Source: Isurus oxyrinchus
Taxonomy: Eukaryota
Direction: 5' to 3'
Assembly: GCA_026770705.1 (NCBI GenBank)
Contig: JANJGN010000052.1
Coordinates: 186,001 to 250,000, forward strand
Length of the DNA stretch: 64,000 nucleotides
Part shown: piece by piece, positions 62,300 to 64,000 of the stretch
How the letters are laid out: each line of letters opens with the position of its first letter
How positions within the stretch are numbered: position 1 is the stretch's first letter
Made by a program: the position numbers and the translations under genes
Notes under the pieces: generated by a model
Database searches by the model: none
What the model saw: only the letters and a program-made list of their open reading frames with translations
Told to the model about the DNA's origin: nothing

Positions 62300-62668
62300 T
62301 TGGACTGTCACAAGAGTGGAAAGGTGACACTCCACGAGAGGTGACAGCGCAGGAAGGTTCGTGTGTACAGATTCCCTGTCATTACAGTTATCCATCGTGT
62401 CTGGAAAACCAACCGCGAGGTGGAGTCTGGTTTAATAATGAGAAACAGATTCCCTGGGCTGCCATTGCCTTTCACTCCAAGGATCACAGTCACGAGTTAC
62501 CACGGTTCCACCATCGGACCCGGCTGTCTGGAGACCTGAAAGATGGCGACTGTTCCCTGATTATAAACAACATCAGACGGGAAGATGCGGGACCTTATTT
62601 TTTCAGAATAGAATTTGACAATGGTCCGAGCCATAACTATTACCCTGTAACCCAGCTTCACGTTTCTG
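62300..62668 (+). CDS. Gene D second V-set exon
   Basis: 369 bp, phase 1-1, open; GSCVQIPCHYSYPSC..PYFFRIEFDNGPSHNYYP. Confidence 0.9.
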
Positions 62669-63481
62669 GTAAGTGCTGTGTTATAATTACTCAACAATTC
62701 ACATCCAACACTCAATGGGAAATAACACAAACTGTGACATTTACATATTAACACAAAACACAGCTTATTATAACACACTGTCTGATTCTCAATAACCTGG
62801 TGATAGCTTCCAGTTCAGTCCTAAAGCAACCTCTAATACTCACTTTAACATGAATGATTAAATGTATTGACTGTGTCCATCAATGTTATCAGGTTATCCA
62901 CTCCCATCGATCTCCCTAACCCTGTATGACAGTCTTACATATCGACAAAAGAAAGATTCCCATTTCTATAGCGCCGTTCAACACCTCTGTACATTGCAAA
63001 TGGATTCATAACCAATGAAATAATTCTTGAAATGTTGCCCTTGTTGTAATATGGGACACACAGCAGCCAATTTATTCACAGGAAGCTCCCAGAAACAGCA
63101 ATGTGATCAATAACCTGATCATCTGTTTTAGATGCCGGTTCAGTGATTGGTTCAAATGGATTCTCTCCTGCTGGGAACAGGATAGAATTTTAATCTGGCA
63201 GATTTCGGAGAAAGTAACAAGCCAGTGTGTCAGGAACTGTGAGCTGCTCCCCCACCCTCACCTGGGATTGTCAATTCAATTGTCTCAAAGTGGAAGTGAA
63301 TTCATCTGAGAGACAGAAACTCCACTAAGTCTGAAATTAGGAAATTCTCTCCTGATCGTTGTAATCTCTCAATTCTGATATCATCCTTGTAAAAGTGCTT
63401 TCTCTTGTGGGACTGTGGTTTCTATTTGAACTGATGTTTCACGTTATATTTCTCTAAAAGGATCCATCCTCTGTCTGTTAG

Positions 63482-63778
63482 ATTTCACAGATAAACCCAC
63501 GATATTCCCTGCTGAAATTATAGCAGGAAAGTGTGTGGATGTAAGCTGCACCTTCAACACAACGTGCAATGGAACAGCAGCACCTGTCTTAACCTGGGAC
63601 ACTCCCACTGACGTACCTGGATCAGTCTCAAACACTGTAACTCAGCATGGTGTCACTCTGACCTATACTTCTGTTCTGACCCTGATCCCATCACTCAAAC
63701 ACCATGGACACACTCTCAGCTGCAGAGTGAGATATCCATCTGTTTCATCGGAGCGGACCCTCGTACTAACTGTGCAAG
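63482..63778 (+). CDS. Gene D C2-set exon
   Basis: 297 bp, phase 1-1; carries an extra Cys (AGKCVDVSC). Confidence 0.9.
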
Positions 63779-64000
63779 GTAAGTACCGACACCTTTCATT
63801 CTACATCAGCACTCCCTCAGCGCTGACCCTCTGACAGTGCAGCCCGTTCTCAGTATCTACATTCTCAGACCTCTCAAAGTGCTTCACAGTCGATAGAAGT
63901 TAACTGATCTTTATATGATTATTACTGAATGAAGAGACAATCTGTCTAAAGTTTACAGCTCGCACACATTATTTTCCATGGCAACACCGCCTCCAATCAG

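Larger units (their letters stand above)
35790..64000 (+). repeat. Tandem segmental duplication of gene C/gene D units (period about 16.2-16.9 kb)
   Basis: About 35790-47240 is colinear with 51990-64000, including shared Gypsy, LTR, L2 and CR1 insertions. Confidence 0.92.

Noticed and set aside
24270-62668. V exons as rearranging Ig/TCR/NAR V segments
   Set aside because: Each exon includes its own G strand and a splice donor, has the Siglec B-E cysteine pattern, and I see no flanking heptamer/nonamer signals or J segments.
5489-63778. Assigning MAG, CD22 or SIGLEC1 gene symbols
   Set aside because: Family signature is clear but orthology cannot be established without a phylogeny.

Overview
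Vertebrate genomic DNA, most likely a cartilaginous fish (shark-type CR1/L2/DeuSINE/Penelope repeats), with two N gaps. The window holds a tandem cluster of Siglec-like (CD22/MAG-type V-set + C2-set Ig) receptor genes, all on the + strand, reconstructed here from GT-AG sites and exon phases. Gene A (3' part only) has four near-identical C2 exons, an uncharged TM and a tail with ITIM (LLYANI) and ITSM-like (TEYAQI) motifs, i.e. inhibitory type. Gene B (leader-V-C2-damaged C2-TM) has a different YxN/ITIM tail that is out of phase with its TM exon. Gene C (leader-V-V-C2-TM) has an Arg inside the TM and a short Tyr-free tail, i.e. activating type. Gene D (leader-V-V-C2, runs off the window) is a ~16.5 kb duplicate of gene C. 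Together they look like a paired inhibitory/activating Siglec-like family with tandem V domains, hypervariable loops and mosaic V exons. The first 5 kb is an intact Neptune-like Penelope retroelement (RT + GIY-YIG) whose terminal repeats carry minimal hammerhead ribozyme motifs, followed by ~392-bp retrozyme-like tandem units. The rest is LINE/LTR/SINE debris and minisatellites. Gene models are manual inferences without transcript evidence, and repeat boundaries are approximate.
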